Shown in pieces: positions 12,801 through 25,999 of a stretch of 64,000 nucleotides of DNA. A program made the translations under genes and the position numbers. The notes under the pieces were generated by a model that saw only the letters and a program-made list of their open reading frames with translations, did no database searches and had not been told where the DNA came from. Origin of the DNA: Macrostomum lignano (lineage: Eukaryota). Numbering within the stretch: the first letter of the stretch is position 1; each line of letters opens with the position of its first letter. The stretch spans positions 1 through 64,000 of the forward strand of contig NIVC01003110.1 of NCBI GenBank assembly GCA_002269645.1, given 5' to 3'.

Positions 12801-15800
12801 GATCTCAATCCATAGCCTCAATTAGATCTCAATCCATAGCCTCAATTAGATCTCAATCCATAGCCTCAGTTAGATCTCAACCCATAGCCTCAGTTAGATC
12901 TCAACCCATAGCCTCAGTTAGATCTCAACCCATAGCCTCAGTTAGATCTCAATCCATAGCCTCAGTTAGATCTCAATCCATAGCCTCAGTTAGATCTCAA
13001 TCCATAGCCTCAATTACATCTCAACCCATAGCCTTAGTTAGATCTCAACCCATAGCCTCAGTTAGATCTCAACCCATAGCCTCAGTTAGATCTCAACCCA
13101 TAGCCTCAGTTAGATCTTAACCCATAGCCTCAGTTAGATCTCAACCCATAGCCTCAGTTAGATCTCAATCCATAGCCTCAGTTAGATCTCAATCCATAGC
13201 CTCAATTAGATCTCAATCCATAGCCTCAATTAGATCTCAATCCATAGCCTCAATTAGATCTCAATCCATAGCCTCAATTAGATCTCAATCCATAGCCTCA
13301 GTTAGATCTTAATCCATAGCCTTAATTAGATCTCAATTCGTCTATTAGATCTCAATCCATAGCCTGTGAGATCTCAATTCATCTATTAGATCTCAATCCA
13401 TAGCCTGTGAGATCTCAATTCATCTATGAGGTCTCAATCCATATCCTATTAGATTTTAATTCATCTGTTAGATCTTAATTCATAGTCTGTGAGATCTCAA
13501 TCCATATATTAGATCTCAATTCATAGCCTCTATTAAAATCTTTTTTGCTCATTATTAGTATATAGGAAGTAATGAGTCGCTCTAATTAACCAATCCCAGG
13601 TACCTCCCAGAAGGCATTGACGATTCCGAATCGCACGACCCCATGACAGCCGAGGAGCGCCTGGCCGCCGAGCGCTCACTTCGTAGGCGCGATCGCGAAG
13701 CCGAAGAAGGCGCCTCGAGGCCGCCCGATATGCGTCGCCGTCTATTCGACTTCTCCGCCTCGGAGCTCGGCGCCTACGATGAAGATGGCGACGAGGACGA
13801 ATCGGAGTCTGGCGCGGCCGCCGCTGCCAGGCGTCGGCGACGCCGTTTAGCCGAGCGCGCCGCCCAAGGCGAAGAGGCCGCAGCAGCGGCCGCAGCTGCT
13901 GCCTTCCTAATGGACGACGAAGGCGAAGGCATGGACGCGTTGGAGAATCTGGAGAACACGCGCGGCATGTCCATTGCTGAGTGGGTCAAGCAGCCGCAGG
14001 CTAGGCATGAGGTAAAGTGGAGACACTGTCTGCTATTGGCTAATAGCGTGTCTAATGCATGTCTGCTATTGGCTAATAGCGTGTCTAATGCATGTCTGCT
14101 ATTGGCTAATAGCGTGTCTAATGCATGTCTGCTATTGGCTAATAGCGTGTCTAATGCATGTCTGCTATTGGCTAATAGCGTGTCTAATGCATGTCTGCTA
14201 TTGGCTAATAGCGTGTCTAATGCATGTCTGCTATTGGCTAATAGCGTGTCTAATGCATGTCTGCTATTGGCTCATAGCGTGTCTAATGCATGTCTGCTAT
14301 TGGCTAATAGCGTGTCTAATGCATGTTTGCTATTGGCTAATAGCGTGTCTAATGCATGTCTGCTATTGGCTCATAGCGTGTCTAATGCATGTCTGCTATT
14401 GGCTAATAGCGTGTCTAATGCATGTCTGCTATTGGCTAATAGCGTGTCTAATGCATGTCTGCTATTGGCTAATAGCGTGTCTAATGCATGTCTGCTGTTG
14501 GCTAATAGCGTGTCTAATGCATGTCTGCTATTGGCTAATAGCGTGTCTAATGCATGTCTGCTATTGGCTAATAGCGTGTCTAATGCATGTCTGCTATTGG
14601 CTAATAGCGTGTCTAATGCATGTCTGCTATTGGCTAATAGCGTGTCTAATGCATGTCTGCTATTGGCTCATAGCGTGTCTAATGCATGTCTGCTATTGGC
14701 TAATAGCGTGTCTAATGCATGTTTGCTATTGGCTAATAGCGTGTCTAATGCATGTCTGCTATTGGCTAATAGCGTGTCTAATGCATGTCTGCTATTGGCT
14801 AATAGCGTGTCTAATGCATGTCTGCTATTGGCTCATAGCGTGTCTAATGCATGCCTCTATTGGTTAATAGCAGCCTACTCTCTTATAACCTGTTCAATAT
14901 AATTATTTTAAACAGGTGAAAAACCGGTTCATGAACTTTCTACGCTCGACAACCGACTCGGCCGGTCAGAATGTGTACCAGCAGCGCATCATAGCCATGT
15001 GCCAGGCCAACAAAGCCAGTCTAGTAGTTGATTACGTAGATCTGGCCGCCAGGGAGCACGTGCTAGCCTATTTCCTGCCGGAGGCGCCAATCGAGATGCT
15101 TCAAATTCTAGACGAAGCTGCCATGGCTGTTGTACGCGGCGCCGTGGCTAATTACGATCGAATTCAACCAATTATTCGGGTTCGAGTGTCCGGCCTGCCG
15201 CTGTTGGAGCAGCTACGCCAGCTGCGGCATTCTCATCTCAACCAGCTGGTCCGCACCAGAGGCGTTGTCACCTCCTGTTCGTCCGTGCTGCCTCAGCTGA
15301 GCTTGGCTAAGTACAACTGTACCAAATGCGGCTCCGTTATTGGCCCGTTCCTGCAGAGTCAGGCTGCCGGGGCGACCGAGAATCGGCCGGTTAGCTGTCC
15401 GGAATGCCAGACTGGCGGCCCGTTCGAGCTCAACTCGGAGCAGACTGTCTATAAGAATTATCAGCGCGTTAGCCTGCAGGTTCGGGTGTATGGCTGCTTT
15501 GGGGAGGCTATGGAGGCAAACTAAGAAACAAGAGTTAAATTTGATAGCGATATGGATTATAACGCGGATGGATAAGAAAATGAAGAGTATAGAGGAGGAT
15601 AGAGAGCGAAGAGGATAGTGGAGAGCGGACCGAATAGAAGAGAGCGAAAAGGGTAGTAGAGAGCGGAGAGGATATTAGAGAGCGGAGAGGATAGTAGAAA
15701 GCGGAGAAAATAATAGAGAGCGGAGAGGATAGTAGAAAGCGGAGAAAATAATAGAGAGCGGAGAGGGTATTAGAGAGTGGAGAGGATAGTAGAGAGGGGA

Positions 15801-16880
15801 GAGGACAGTAGAGAGCGGAGAGGATAGTAGAGAGCGGAGAGGATAGTAGAGAGCGGAGAGGATAGTAGAGAGCGGAGAGGATAGTAGAGAGCGGAGAGGA
15901 CAGTAGAGAGCGGAGAGGATAGTAGAGAGCGGAGAGGATAGTAGAGAGGGGAGAGGACAGTAGAGAGCGGAGAGGATAGTAGAGAGCGGAGAAAATAGTA
16001 GAGAGGGGAGAGGACAGTAGAGAGCGGAGAGGATAGTAGAGAGCGGAGAAAATAGTAGAGAGGGGAGAGGACAGTAGAGAGCGGAGAGGAAGCCCGTCAA
16101 AAAGATACAGAGCGTAGAATTAAGGTGGCAGTAGAGTGGAAATGAAATCAGTGAAGGAGAAGTTGCAGAAAGGTGGCAGGAGCCACTTCTATATTTAAAT
16201 TAGACGTAATTTTATTGAAAGCACATTGAGTCTATCATGATTTTTCTTTATTACTTTATTAAACTACTTAGTAAACGAGTAGTCAGTAGTCTAATTTGCT
16301 CATTAGCGGATCCAATAAAATTCCTTCGCCGTTTACAGGAGAGCCCGGGCTCTGTGCCGCCAGGCCGGCTGCCGCGCGCCAAAGACGTGATCCTGCTAGA
16401 GGACCTCGTGGACAGTTGCAAGCCCGGCGATGAAGTTGAACTGACCGCGATCTACACGCATAGCTATGAGTCTTCGCTGAACTCTGCCCATGGATTCCCC
16501 GTGTTCTCCACTGTGCTCCACGCGAATCACGTGCTTAAGAAGGAGGACAAGATGGCCGCGGAAGCTCTCACTGAAGAGGACATCCGTACTATTAACCGCT
16601 TGGCTAAGGTGAATTAACTGGAGTTGAAATTGCAGCTTTTGTTTATACCTTCGCCTACTGCCCACTTAGGATTGCCAATCAAGCGAAGTTCTTTGTCTTG
16701 AAGTTGGCCAATTCTTTTTTTTAAGGTTGTTTATTTGTGCTAAATGTTCCTAAACTCTGCGAAGTTCTTGTGAACTTGAAAATACTCGTTCCCTTAGGAC
16801 AACCCCAAGGTGCGGTCTAATATCTATCTATCTATCTACCTATCTATCTTTCTATCATCTATCTATCCATCTATCTATTC

Positions 16881-16977
<97 letters not shown>

Positions 16978-17019
16978 CCTATCTATCTTTCTATCATCTA
17001 TCTATCCATCTATCTATTC

Positions 17020-17052
<33 letters not shown>

Positions 17053-17105
17053 GATATCTATCTATCTATCTACCTATCTATCTTTCTATCATCTATCTAT
17101 CCATA

Positions 17106-17149
<44 letters not shown>

Positions 17150-17150
17150 C

Positions 17151-17183
<33 letters not shown>

Positions 17184-17237
17184 CCTATCTATCTTTCTAT
17201 CATCTATCTATCCATCTATCTATTCATCTATCTATTC

Positions 17238-17335
<98 letters not shown>

Positions 17336-17337
17336 TC

Positions 17338-17411
<74 letters not shown>

Positions 17412-17416
17412 ATCTA

Positions 17417-17503
<87 letters not shown>

Positions 17504-17508
17504 ATCTA

Positions 17509-17573
<65 letters not shown>

Positions 17574-20342
17574 GTTCGATTTCAGGATGGCCGCATCGGC
17601 GACCGTATCGTGAACTCGATCGCGCCGAGCATCTACGGCCACGAGGACATCAAGCGGGCCATTGCCTTGTGCCTGTTCGGCGGCGAAGCGAAAAACCCTG
17701 GCGGCAAGCACCGGCTTCGCGGCGATATTAACCTGCTGGTAAGTAAGGTCGATGGAGAGAGGGACATTTTTGTATTGATTTAGAAATTTTGAGCCCCAAT
17801 AAATAATCTTCTAAAGAATCTTGAATATGTTTTCGAAAGCTATATTCCCATCCATATTCGAGATCTAACGATTGCATTCCTGTATTTAAAAATCCATCCC
17901 TAAACAATTTATTTCCTCGAATCTAGGAATCCTATTGACAATAATAACGAATCCCATCTTTTAGACTAAGAATCCCTTCCCTTAGACTAAAGAATCCCAT
18001 CCCAGACTACGAAGTTCTGAATCTCATTCTCTAAACTGGGTATGCCATGTTAGGATATACGCCTCAAATTTTTTTATTACTCGTACTTTAATAAACATTA
18101 ATCCACAGGTGTGCGGCGACCCCGGCACGGCCAAATCGCAATTCCTTAAATACTGCGAAGGCATCGCTCCCAGGTGCGTGTACGCCACCGGCCAGGGGGC
18201 CAGCTCGGTCGGCCTGACCGCCTACGTGCACAAGCACCCGGTCACTAAGGAATGGTGCCTGGAAGGCGGCGCTTTAGTCCTAGCTGATAAAGGCGTCTGC
18301 CTTATTGACGAGTTCGACAAGATGAGCGACTCGGATCGGACTAGCATTCACGAGGCCATGGAGCAGCAGAGCATCTCAATTAGCAAGGCCGGCATCGTCA
18401 CCTCGCTGCAGGCCCGCTGTACAGTCATCGCCGCCGCTAACCCGATCGGCGGTCGCTACGATCCGTCGATGACCTTCGCCGAGAATGTCGACCTGACCGA
18501 GCCGATTTTGTCGCGTTTCGATGTACTTTGCGTTGTTAGGGATCAGGTTGATCCGGTGCAAGATGAAAAGTTGGCTAGGTAATGTTAATGCAGTTTTGTG
18601 GGATTTATGAGCTTCAGAAATTATCCTAATCTTTGCTGTAGTAACTTCTAAACTCAGATTTAGAATCTCTTGTCACAGATTTGATATGCTTTTCTTCGGA
18701 ATCTCTAATCCTAAAGGTAAGAGGCCGAGCTTCAAAATCGCTAATCTCAGAAGTGAGATTCTTAGCTTTCAGAATCTCAAATCTCAGAATTGGAATGCTT
18801 AGCTTCAGAATCTCTAATCTCAAAAAATTGGGATCCTGAGCTTCAGAATCTCGGAATTGGAATGCTTAGCTTCAGAATCTCTAATCTCATAATTAGGATG
18901 CTTAGCTTCAGAATCTCTAATCTCAGAATTAGGATGCTTAGCTTCAGAATCTCTAATCTCAGAATTAGGATGCTTAGCTTCAGAATCTCTAATCTCAGAA
19001 TTAGGATGCTTAGCTTCAGAATCTCTAATCTCAAAAAATTGGGATCCTGAGCTTCAGAATCTCGGAATTGGAATGCTTAGCTTCAGAATCTCTAATCTCA
19101 GAATTAGGATGCTTAGCTTCAGAATCTCTAATCTCAGAATTAGGATGCTTAGCTTCAGAATCTCTAATCTCAGAATTAGGATGCTTAGCTTCAGAATCTC
19201 TAATCTCATAATTAGGATGCTTAGCTTCAGAATCTGTAACCTCAGAGTTAGGATGCTTAGCTTCAGAATCTCTAATCTCAGAATTAGGATGCTTAGCTTC
19301 AGAATCTCTAATCTCAGAATTAGGATGCTTAGCTTCAGAATCTCTAATCTCATAATTAGGATGCTTAGCTTCAGAATCTGTAACCTCAGAGTTAGGATGC
19401 TTAGCTTCAGAATCTCGGGAGTTATAGCATACCTGTAGAATGCTAAGGCTTGAAAATGGAGACCATAATGACTAGCCTATGGTTGTCAGTGCTTAGACTT
19501 ATCAAAATAAGGCTCATTAGTAAGCCAGCAGCCTTTGGCAACTCCCCCCTCCTGTCTCGGTGTCCCGCAGATTCGTGGTTGGCAGCCACATGCGCCATCA
19601 TCCCTGCCTGTCCGAGGCCGAGCGTCAGCAGCTGGCCGACAGTCTGGCCGCCGATCGAAATTCTTCTATCGCCGATTCAAGCCTGGAGCCGCTGCCACAG
19701 GACCTGTTGAAAAAGTACATCACGTACGCTAGAGAGAGAATCCACCCGCAGCTGAACCAGATGGACCAGGAGAAAGTGTCCAAAGTGTACGTCCACCTGC
19801 GCAAAGAGTCCATGGCAACCGGCTCTATTCCCATCACTGTGCGCCACATCGAGTCGGTCATTCGCCTGGCTGAGGCCCACGCCAAGATGCATCTGCGAAA
19901 GTATGTCGACGATTCCGACGTTAATATGGCTGTACGAGTGATGCTGGAATCCTTCATCAGCACGCAGAAGCACTCGGTGATGAAGACAATGGAGCGCAGC
20001 TTCCGTCGTTATCTGGTGTACCAGCGGGACAGCGGCGACCTTCTAGTGTTCCTGCTGCGCCAGCTCATCCACAAGCACGCCGCCTACAGCCGGACTAGCC
20101 GGCGGGCCCGTCCTGGCCAACGCGCCGCCGGCGCCGCCGCCGACAGCGACGACGACGCTACGCCAGACGATGACGACGCCGAGGGCCCGCTGACTGTGCG
20201 CATCGCCGAGAAGGAGCTGGCCGACTTGGCCAGGCCGTTGGGCATCACCGATCTGGATGGATTCTTCCGTTCCGAGATTATGACCGCTAATCGGTTCCGC
20301 TACGATGCCGACAGGCGGGAGATTGTCTGCCAGGTCTACTGA
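6823..20342 (+). CDS. MCM2: DNA replication licensing factor MCM2. Exons: 6823-7031, 13600-14011, 14916-15479, 16339-16608, 17586-17738, 18109-18578, 19571-20342 (2850 nt, 949 aa)
   Basis: Acidic N-terminal histone-binding region ([29 protein letters not shown]), zinc finger CTKC...[30 protein letters not shown], Walker A GDPGTAKS, Walker B IDEFDKM, arginine finger SRFD and PITVRHIES. All splice phases join into one open frame. Confidence 0.98.
7130..13525. repeat. 24-bp satellite (CATAGCCTCAATTAGATCTCAATC), about 6.4 kb, filling MCM2 intron 1
   Basis: 24-nt period measured (7323 to 7347). Variant units recur, and the 3' edge is degenerate. Confidence 0.98.
14026..14855. repeat. 33-bp minisatellite (CATGTCTGCTATTGGCTAATAGCGTGTCTAATG), MCM2 intron 2
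   Basis: About 25 near-identical units, starting about 14 nt after the donor at 14012. Confidence 0.97.
15590..16095. repeat. 19-bp purine-rich minisatellite (GATAGTAGAGAGCGGAGAG), MCM2 intron 3
   Basis: Tandem units visible directly. Confidence 0.92.
16821..17572. repeat. (TATC)n microsatellite, MCM2 intron 4
   Basis: Visible directly; ends about 13 nt before the acceptor at 17585. Confidence 0.97.
18760..19415. repeat. 36-bp minisatellite (ATGCTTAGCTTCAGAATCTCTAATCTCAGAATTAGG), MCM2 intron 6
   Basis: Tandem units. The block AAAAAATTGGGATCCTGAGC occurs at about 18823 and 19033, indicating a larger duplication. Confidence 0.93.
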
Positions 20343-20449
20343 GGCCGACTGATCATTGCTCGGTACGGTAGCAGCCTCTTGAATTTGGACTTTGTAGTAA
20401 TTCAACAAATTCCAGTCCTAAGCCTAAGGGTATAGCTGCTCTTATCACT

Positions 20450-20975
20450 GGGATAATCCCCCTAGCTAATATGCTAATCTCCCTAGCTAATATTATAATC
20501 GCTCGAGCTAATATACTAATCCCCCTAGCTAATATACTAATCCCCCTAGCTAATATGCTAATCCCCCTAGCCAATATGCTAATCTCCCTAGCTAATATGC
20601 TAATCTCTCTATCTTAAATGCTAATCGCCCTAGCTAATATGATACTTGCCCTAGCTAATATGCTAATCGCCCTAGCTAATATGCTAATTGCTTTAGCTAA
20701 TATGATAATTGCCCTAGCTAATATGCTAATCGCCCTAGCTAATATGCTAATTGCCCTAGCTAATATGCTAATTGCCCTAGCTAATATGATAATTGCCCTA
20801 GCTAATATGATAATTGCCCTAGCTAATATGATAATTGCCCTAGCTAATATGCTAATCGCCCTAGCTAATATGCTAATTGCCCTAGCTAATATGCTAATCG
20901 CCCTAGCTAATATGCTAATTGCCCTAGCTAATATGCTAATTGCCCTAGCTAATATGCTAATTGCCCTAGCTTAAA
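20450..20975. repeat. 21-bp minisatellite (CCCTAGCTAATATGCTAATTG) in a probable MCM2 3'UTR intron
   Basis: Tandem units lie between a donor-like CG|GTACGG at 20363 and an acceptor TTTTTTCAG ending at 21035. Confidence 0.93.
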
Positions 20976-21130
20976 TGATAATCGGCCTGTTAAAAGTCAT
21001 TCTGTTATTTTACTTGATAATGTCTATTTTTTCAGACAGTGACGCTCAGAGGAATCGAGAGGATCGACTGGTCCCTAGTTTGTGCTATTCTGCTAACTGC
21101 ACTTAACTCATAGTATTGGCTTACTTACAT

Positions 21131-21136
21131 AATAAA
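21131..21136 (+). terminator. Candidate MCM2 polyadenylation signal
   Basis: AATAAA about 95 nt after the putative 3'UTR acceptor. Confidence 0.5.
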
Positions 21137-21696
21137 GATAATAATAATGACAATAATTTTATAAATCCAATGGCAATTCAATTCGAATTCGTGCTATTTT
21201 TTTATCTTCTATTACCCTACAAAATACACAGGTGCAATTTTTAGGTACCCTACATGTACCAAATAATCGCATTTTATTAAGTTATTATATAACCAGCTTT
21301 TATTCCTAATCTCGTACCGCTTAGTGAGACGTTTAAACTGTTTTTTACGCTCGGTGCTACTCTTTTAACAGCCCAGTACTCCAATTCGAGTTAATACTCG
21401 TGTTGTTGTGTGGCAAACAATTCTACAAATTATTATTGTGTTCAGCCGCGACGACACGGAAGCATTTTTCATCTCCGCTGGGGGGTCGATTTTTAATGTT
21501 CTAATTGACTGATCTATTTTCTAAACCTTATCAGCTATTAAACCTTATTTTTTCTATTTTTTAAATAAATGCCAATTGCACTGAGGGCCACTCTTCGTAA
21601 TGGCTTCAACCTGCAGCATTGCTCAGCTCGCTGTGTGCTGCTGGGTTGACAGTTTAATTAAATTTAAAGCCTTTTTTCAACGCATCTTCGTTCTTT

Positions 21697-21697
21697 G

Positions 21698-21748
<51 letters not shown>

Positions 21749-21824
21749 GCTGCTACTACTACTACTACTACTGCTACTACTGCTACTACTACTACTACTG
21801 CTACTACAACTACTGCTACTACTG

Positions 21825-21914
<90 letters not shown>

Positions 21915-22008
21915 TAGCCTAGCTAATGTCTGTCTGTCTTTCTATCTGTCTGTCCATCTGTCTGTCTGTCTTTCTATCTGTCTGTCTATCTGTCTGTCTA
22001 TCTGTCTG
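21697..22008. repeat. (ACT)n followed by (TCTG)n microsatellites
   Basis: Visible directly. Confidence 0.95.
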
Positions 22009-22278
22009 TACTACTACTACAACGCCTACGCAGTAGGAGCCGCAAATCCGGGATTAGAATGAATCGTATACAATGATCTGTTGTTTGGTTCCTGATTGGC
22101 TCTTGCAGGTGGGGTATTTCGCTTCCACTGTAAACTATGCATTGCTATTATTAAGTATATATACTATGCGGTATATTTTCTAAGAACATAGTCAAGCTTT
22201 CGACTCTGAATTACCAAGCAACAATTAGGACAATTTGCCAAGTGAAATTTGTTAAACCTGCGAGCAAAGCTAGCACGA

Positions 22279-22496
22279 ATGCAGCACCAAAGAGCACTGC
22301 TAGCAGTAGTTGTCATGGTAACGTATTTCTCAGCGGCATTACCAGGTAATTTAGAAATGATCTTTCTTTATATTATTCTGCATCCAATTACATTCTAATT
22401 AAGGTATTAACATTACCTGTGATAGCTACATGTAACTGGTAAAATCTTTATCGTGCGCTCGTATTATCGAACTCAGCTGTTTTTTGTCCGTCTGTC

Positions 22497-22545
<49 letters not shown>

Positions 22546-23026
22546 GTCTGTCTGTCTGTCTGTCTCTGTCTGCCTGTCTGTCTGCCTGTCTGTCTGTCTG
22601 TCTCTGCCTGTCTGTCTGTCTGTCTCTGTCTGTCTGTCTGTCTGTCTCTGTCTGCCTGTCTGTCTGCCTGTCTGTCTGTCTGTCTCTGTCTGTCTGTCTG
22701 CCTGTCTGTCTGCCTGTCTGTCTGCCTGTCTGTCTGCCTGCCTGTCTGTCTGTCTGTCTGTCTCTGTCTGCCTGTCTGTCTGCCTGTCTGTCTGTCTGTC
22801 TCTGTCTGTCTGTCTGCCTGTCTGTCTGTCTGTCTGCCTGTCTGTCTGCCTGTCTGTCTGTCTGTCTGCCTGTCTGTCTGCCTGTCTGTCTGTCTGTCTC
22901 TGTCTGTCTGTCTGCCTGTCTGTCTGTCTGCCTGTCTGTCTGTCTGTCTGTCTGCCTGTCTGTCTGCCTGTCTGTCTGCCTGTCTGTCTGCCTGTCTGTC
23001 TGCCTGTCTGTCTGTCTCTGTCTGCC

Positions 23027-23065
<39 letters not shown>

Positions 23066-23132
23066 GTCTGCCTGTCTGTCTGCCTGTCTGTCTGTCTGTC
23101 TCTGTCTGCCTGTCTGTCTGTCTCTGTCTGCC

Positions 23133-23175
<43 letters not shown>

Positions 23176-23324
23176 GTCTGCCTGTCTGTCTGTCTCTGTC
23201 TGCCTGTCTGTCTATCTGTCTGTCTGTCTTAGTGTCTTAGTGTCTGTCTGTCTGTCTGTCTGCCTGTCTGTCTTAGTGTCTTAGTGTCTTAGTGTCTGTC
23301 TGTCTTAGTGTCTGTCTGTCTTAG

Positions 23325-23381
<57 letters not shown>

Positions 23382-24025
23382 GCCTGTCTGCCTGCCTGCC
23401 TTTCTGTCTGTCTTAGTGTCTGTCTGTCTGTCAATATAGGCAATACTCTTACAATCCATTGTCACCTCCTCCAGCCTGCCCAGTGTGGAGCTCTGCCGGC
23501 TACCTGGAGGCCGCGCAGTCGCCAATCAACGTAATGCAGGTGATGAGTCAGTACTCCGCCAACTGCCGTCAGCTGAGCCCGCCATCTCCGTCAGCCCCGG
23601 GCTTTCAGCAGCTCCTGGTCATTCAATTCGGCGTTCGGGCCGCTTCCACAGCCGTTGTCGGCTTCTTTCACGGCAGCAGCGGCGTCAGCGCGTTTAAATT
23701 CGCCTACGAATTGCAGCTGGGCATCGATGGGAACAGCCAGTCCAAGCTGCAGCGACTGCGGATGCCGATGGCCACCCTGTGGAGCAGCTCGAAACCCGGC
23801 TTCCAGCTGACTGCCACCAGTTACACCTACTTTCAGCTGACTGTTAACCTGGCAACCGCCGGCTTCCTGCTGCAGCGACTGGACGGCGCCAATGGGAGCT
23901 CGTTGGCCGAAGCGGAATTCGCTGACAGCAGCGGACTGGCTGGAACTCAGTACCTGGGCGTCAGGAATTTTGAGGCCGCGGCCGACTGGAAGCTCTGGTA
24001 TAGCGTTGAAGGCAAGTTCTGGTAG
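22279..24025 (+). CDS. Secreted protein with a farnesoic acid O-methyltransferase-like (Methyltransf_FA) domain. Exons: 22279-22345, 23475-24025 (205 aa)
   Basis: Signal-peptide-like exon MQHQRALLAVVVMVTYFSAALP with a phase-1 GT-AG join. The pattern FGVRA..AVVGF...YELQLG..GNSQS.L.R...PG..L....Y.YF...YLGV.....W resembles the FAMeT domain as I recall it; no HMM was run. Confidence 0.7.
22488..23432. repeat. (TCTG)n microsatellite in the intron of the FAMeT-like gene
   Basis: Visible directly. Confidence 0.97.
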
Positions 24026-24435
24026 CCTGTCTGTTTATTGCACTGTACGAGTAAGTCTGGTAGGCTGTCTGTTTATTGCACTGTGAGTCTGGTAGCCTTG
24101 TCTGTTTATTGCACTGTGAGTCTGATAGCCTGTCTGTTTATTGCACTGTGAGTCTGGTAGCCTTGTCTGTTTATTGCACTTTGAGTCTGGTAGCCTTGTC
24201 TGTTTATTGCACAGTGAGTCTGGTAGCCTTGTCTGTTTATTGCACTGTGAGTCTGGTAGCCTTGTCTGTTTATTGCACTGTGAGTCTGGTAGCCTTGTCT
24301 GTTTATTGCACTTTGAGTCTGGTAGCCTTGTCTGTTTATTGCACAGTGAGTCTGGTAGCCTTGTCTGTTTATTGCACAGTGAGTCTGGTAGCCTTGTCTG
24401 TTTATTGCACTGTGAGTCTGGTAGCCTGTTGGTCT
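24020..24435. repeat. 33-bp minisatellite (GTCTGGTAGCCTTGTCTGTTTATTGCACTGTGA) starting at the FAMeT-like stop codon
   Basis: The first degenerate unit overlaps TGG TAG of the CDS. A GTAAGT donor is at 24051. Confidence 0.93.
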
Positions 24436-25097
24436 GTGAGTCTGTTTGCCAATCTAATAATACAAGATAGCTATCTAACTACTCAAGAAGGTAAGGACTC
24501 AAAAGGTAAATTTATTTTCTGAAAATCTTGATTGTTATCTTGTGCATGTGAATTTTTTCCGTTTTCTAAGACACTGTTTAACTAATTTTTGACAGTTAAA
24601 CGTAAATATATGCCGAAATAATTACAAATGTTTTGTCAGCGACAAGACTAAGAGGCTTATGAAATTTCAAGCTTGTAAAAGCGAAACCTTTGATGCCTTA
24701 GAACTTATGAGCGGCGTTTACTTGGCACTTCCAATTCCTTTCTTTCTCCATCATTATTTAAAAAAATTGTTGTGTCTAGGTATCTTGCAGATGCCAAGCT
24801 TGCACCGCTAGATCAGAAATTTTCAGTGACGGTACATGTTTCGTGGAAAAGAAATTGCTTAATACTAAGGGGATTAAATACGTATTCGAAAAAACCATGC
24901 ATTTTTGCAAAGCAAAAAACCTGATGATTGACTGAATTCTGATTCTGATAAATATCGCATCACAACTGGCTTTCATCATCAGTTGATTGGCTGGATTTTG
25001 ACTTTGACTTGAATTGCGTCACTATAAAACACTGGCAGCATAAGCACAAGACTGCATTGCAACTCAGACTTGACTTAGATTGCGTTAAAAAAATTGC

Positions 25098-25618
25098 CAT
25101 GTCAACCATAAAGAAACGTCATGTCAACCATAAAGAAACGTCATGTCAACCATAAAGAAACGTCATGTCAACCATAAAGAAACGTCATGTCAACCATACA
25201 GAAACGTCATGTCAACCATAAAGAAACGTCATGTCAACCATAAAGAAACGTCATGTCAACCATAAAGAAACGTCATGTCAACCATAAAGAAACGTCATGT
25301 CAACCATACAGAAACGTCATGTCAACCATAAAGAAACGTCATGTCAACCATAAAGAAACGTCATGTCAACCATAAAGAAATGTCATGTCAACCATAAAGA
25401 AACGTCATGTCAACCATAAAGAAACGTCATATCAACCATAAAGAAACGTCATGTCAACCATAAAGAAACGTCATGTCAACCATAAAGAAACGTCATGTCA
25501 ACCATAAAGAAACGTCATGTCAACCATAAAGAAATGTCATGTCAACCATAAAGAAACGTCATGTCAACCATAAAGAAACGTCATGTCAACCATAAAGAAA
25601 TGTCATGTCAACCATAAA
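25098..25618. repeat. 22-bp minisatellite (CATGTCAACCATAAAGAAACGT)
   Basis: 22-nt period measured (25101 to 25123). Confidence 0.96.
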
Positions 25619-25999
25619 AAGCCTCATTGTCAATCTGTCATCTGTCGTACGGCTCCAAAATGTGCAATTAAAATTTTTATACCAATGACAAAAAAGGAAC
25701 AAATTCTGTATGCATTTGGTGTCAATGCAAATGTCTCACATTGTTTTTTGCCGACTAAGCCAGGTGATAAAACTGTCACTTCCTCGGGTCAGGCATCACT
25801 GCATTTGATAGTCTCTGCTGCAGCAATTCAGAGCGATCGGGCTTAGTATATCGAGTTAGCTAAAGCAGAGTTCATACGAGAAAGGTATCAGGTATATTTG
25901 TTGGGGGACGGTAAGTGTACCGTCTCAGTGCCTGCATTGCTATTTTTAAACATATCTGCTTTTCTACGAGGCTCCTGTTCTGAAGAATGCATTCTAAAC

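Noticed and set aside
14012-14902. [11 protein letters not shown] and [11 protein letters not shown] repeat extensions in the ORF track
   Set aside because: These are read-through of the MCM2 exon 2 donor into a 33-bp intronic array; the true protein continues at 14916.
16810-23284. IYLS, LANMLIA, poly-[14 protein letters not shown] and similar low-complexity ORFs
   Set aside because: Translations of micro- and minisatellites.
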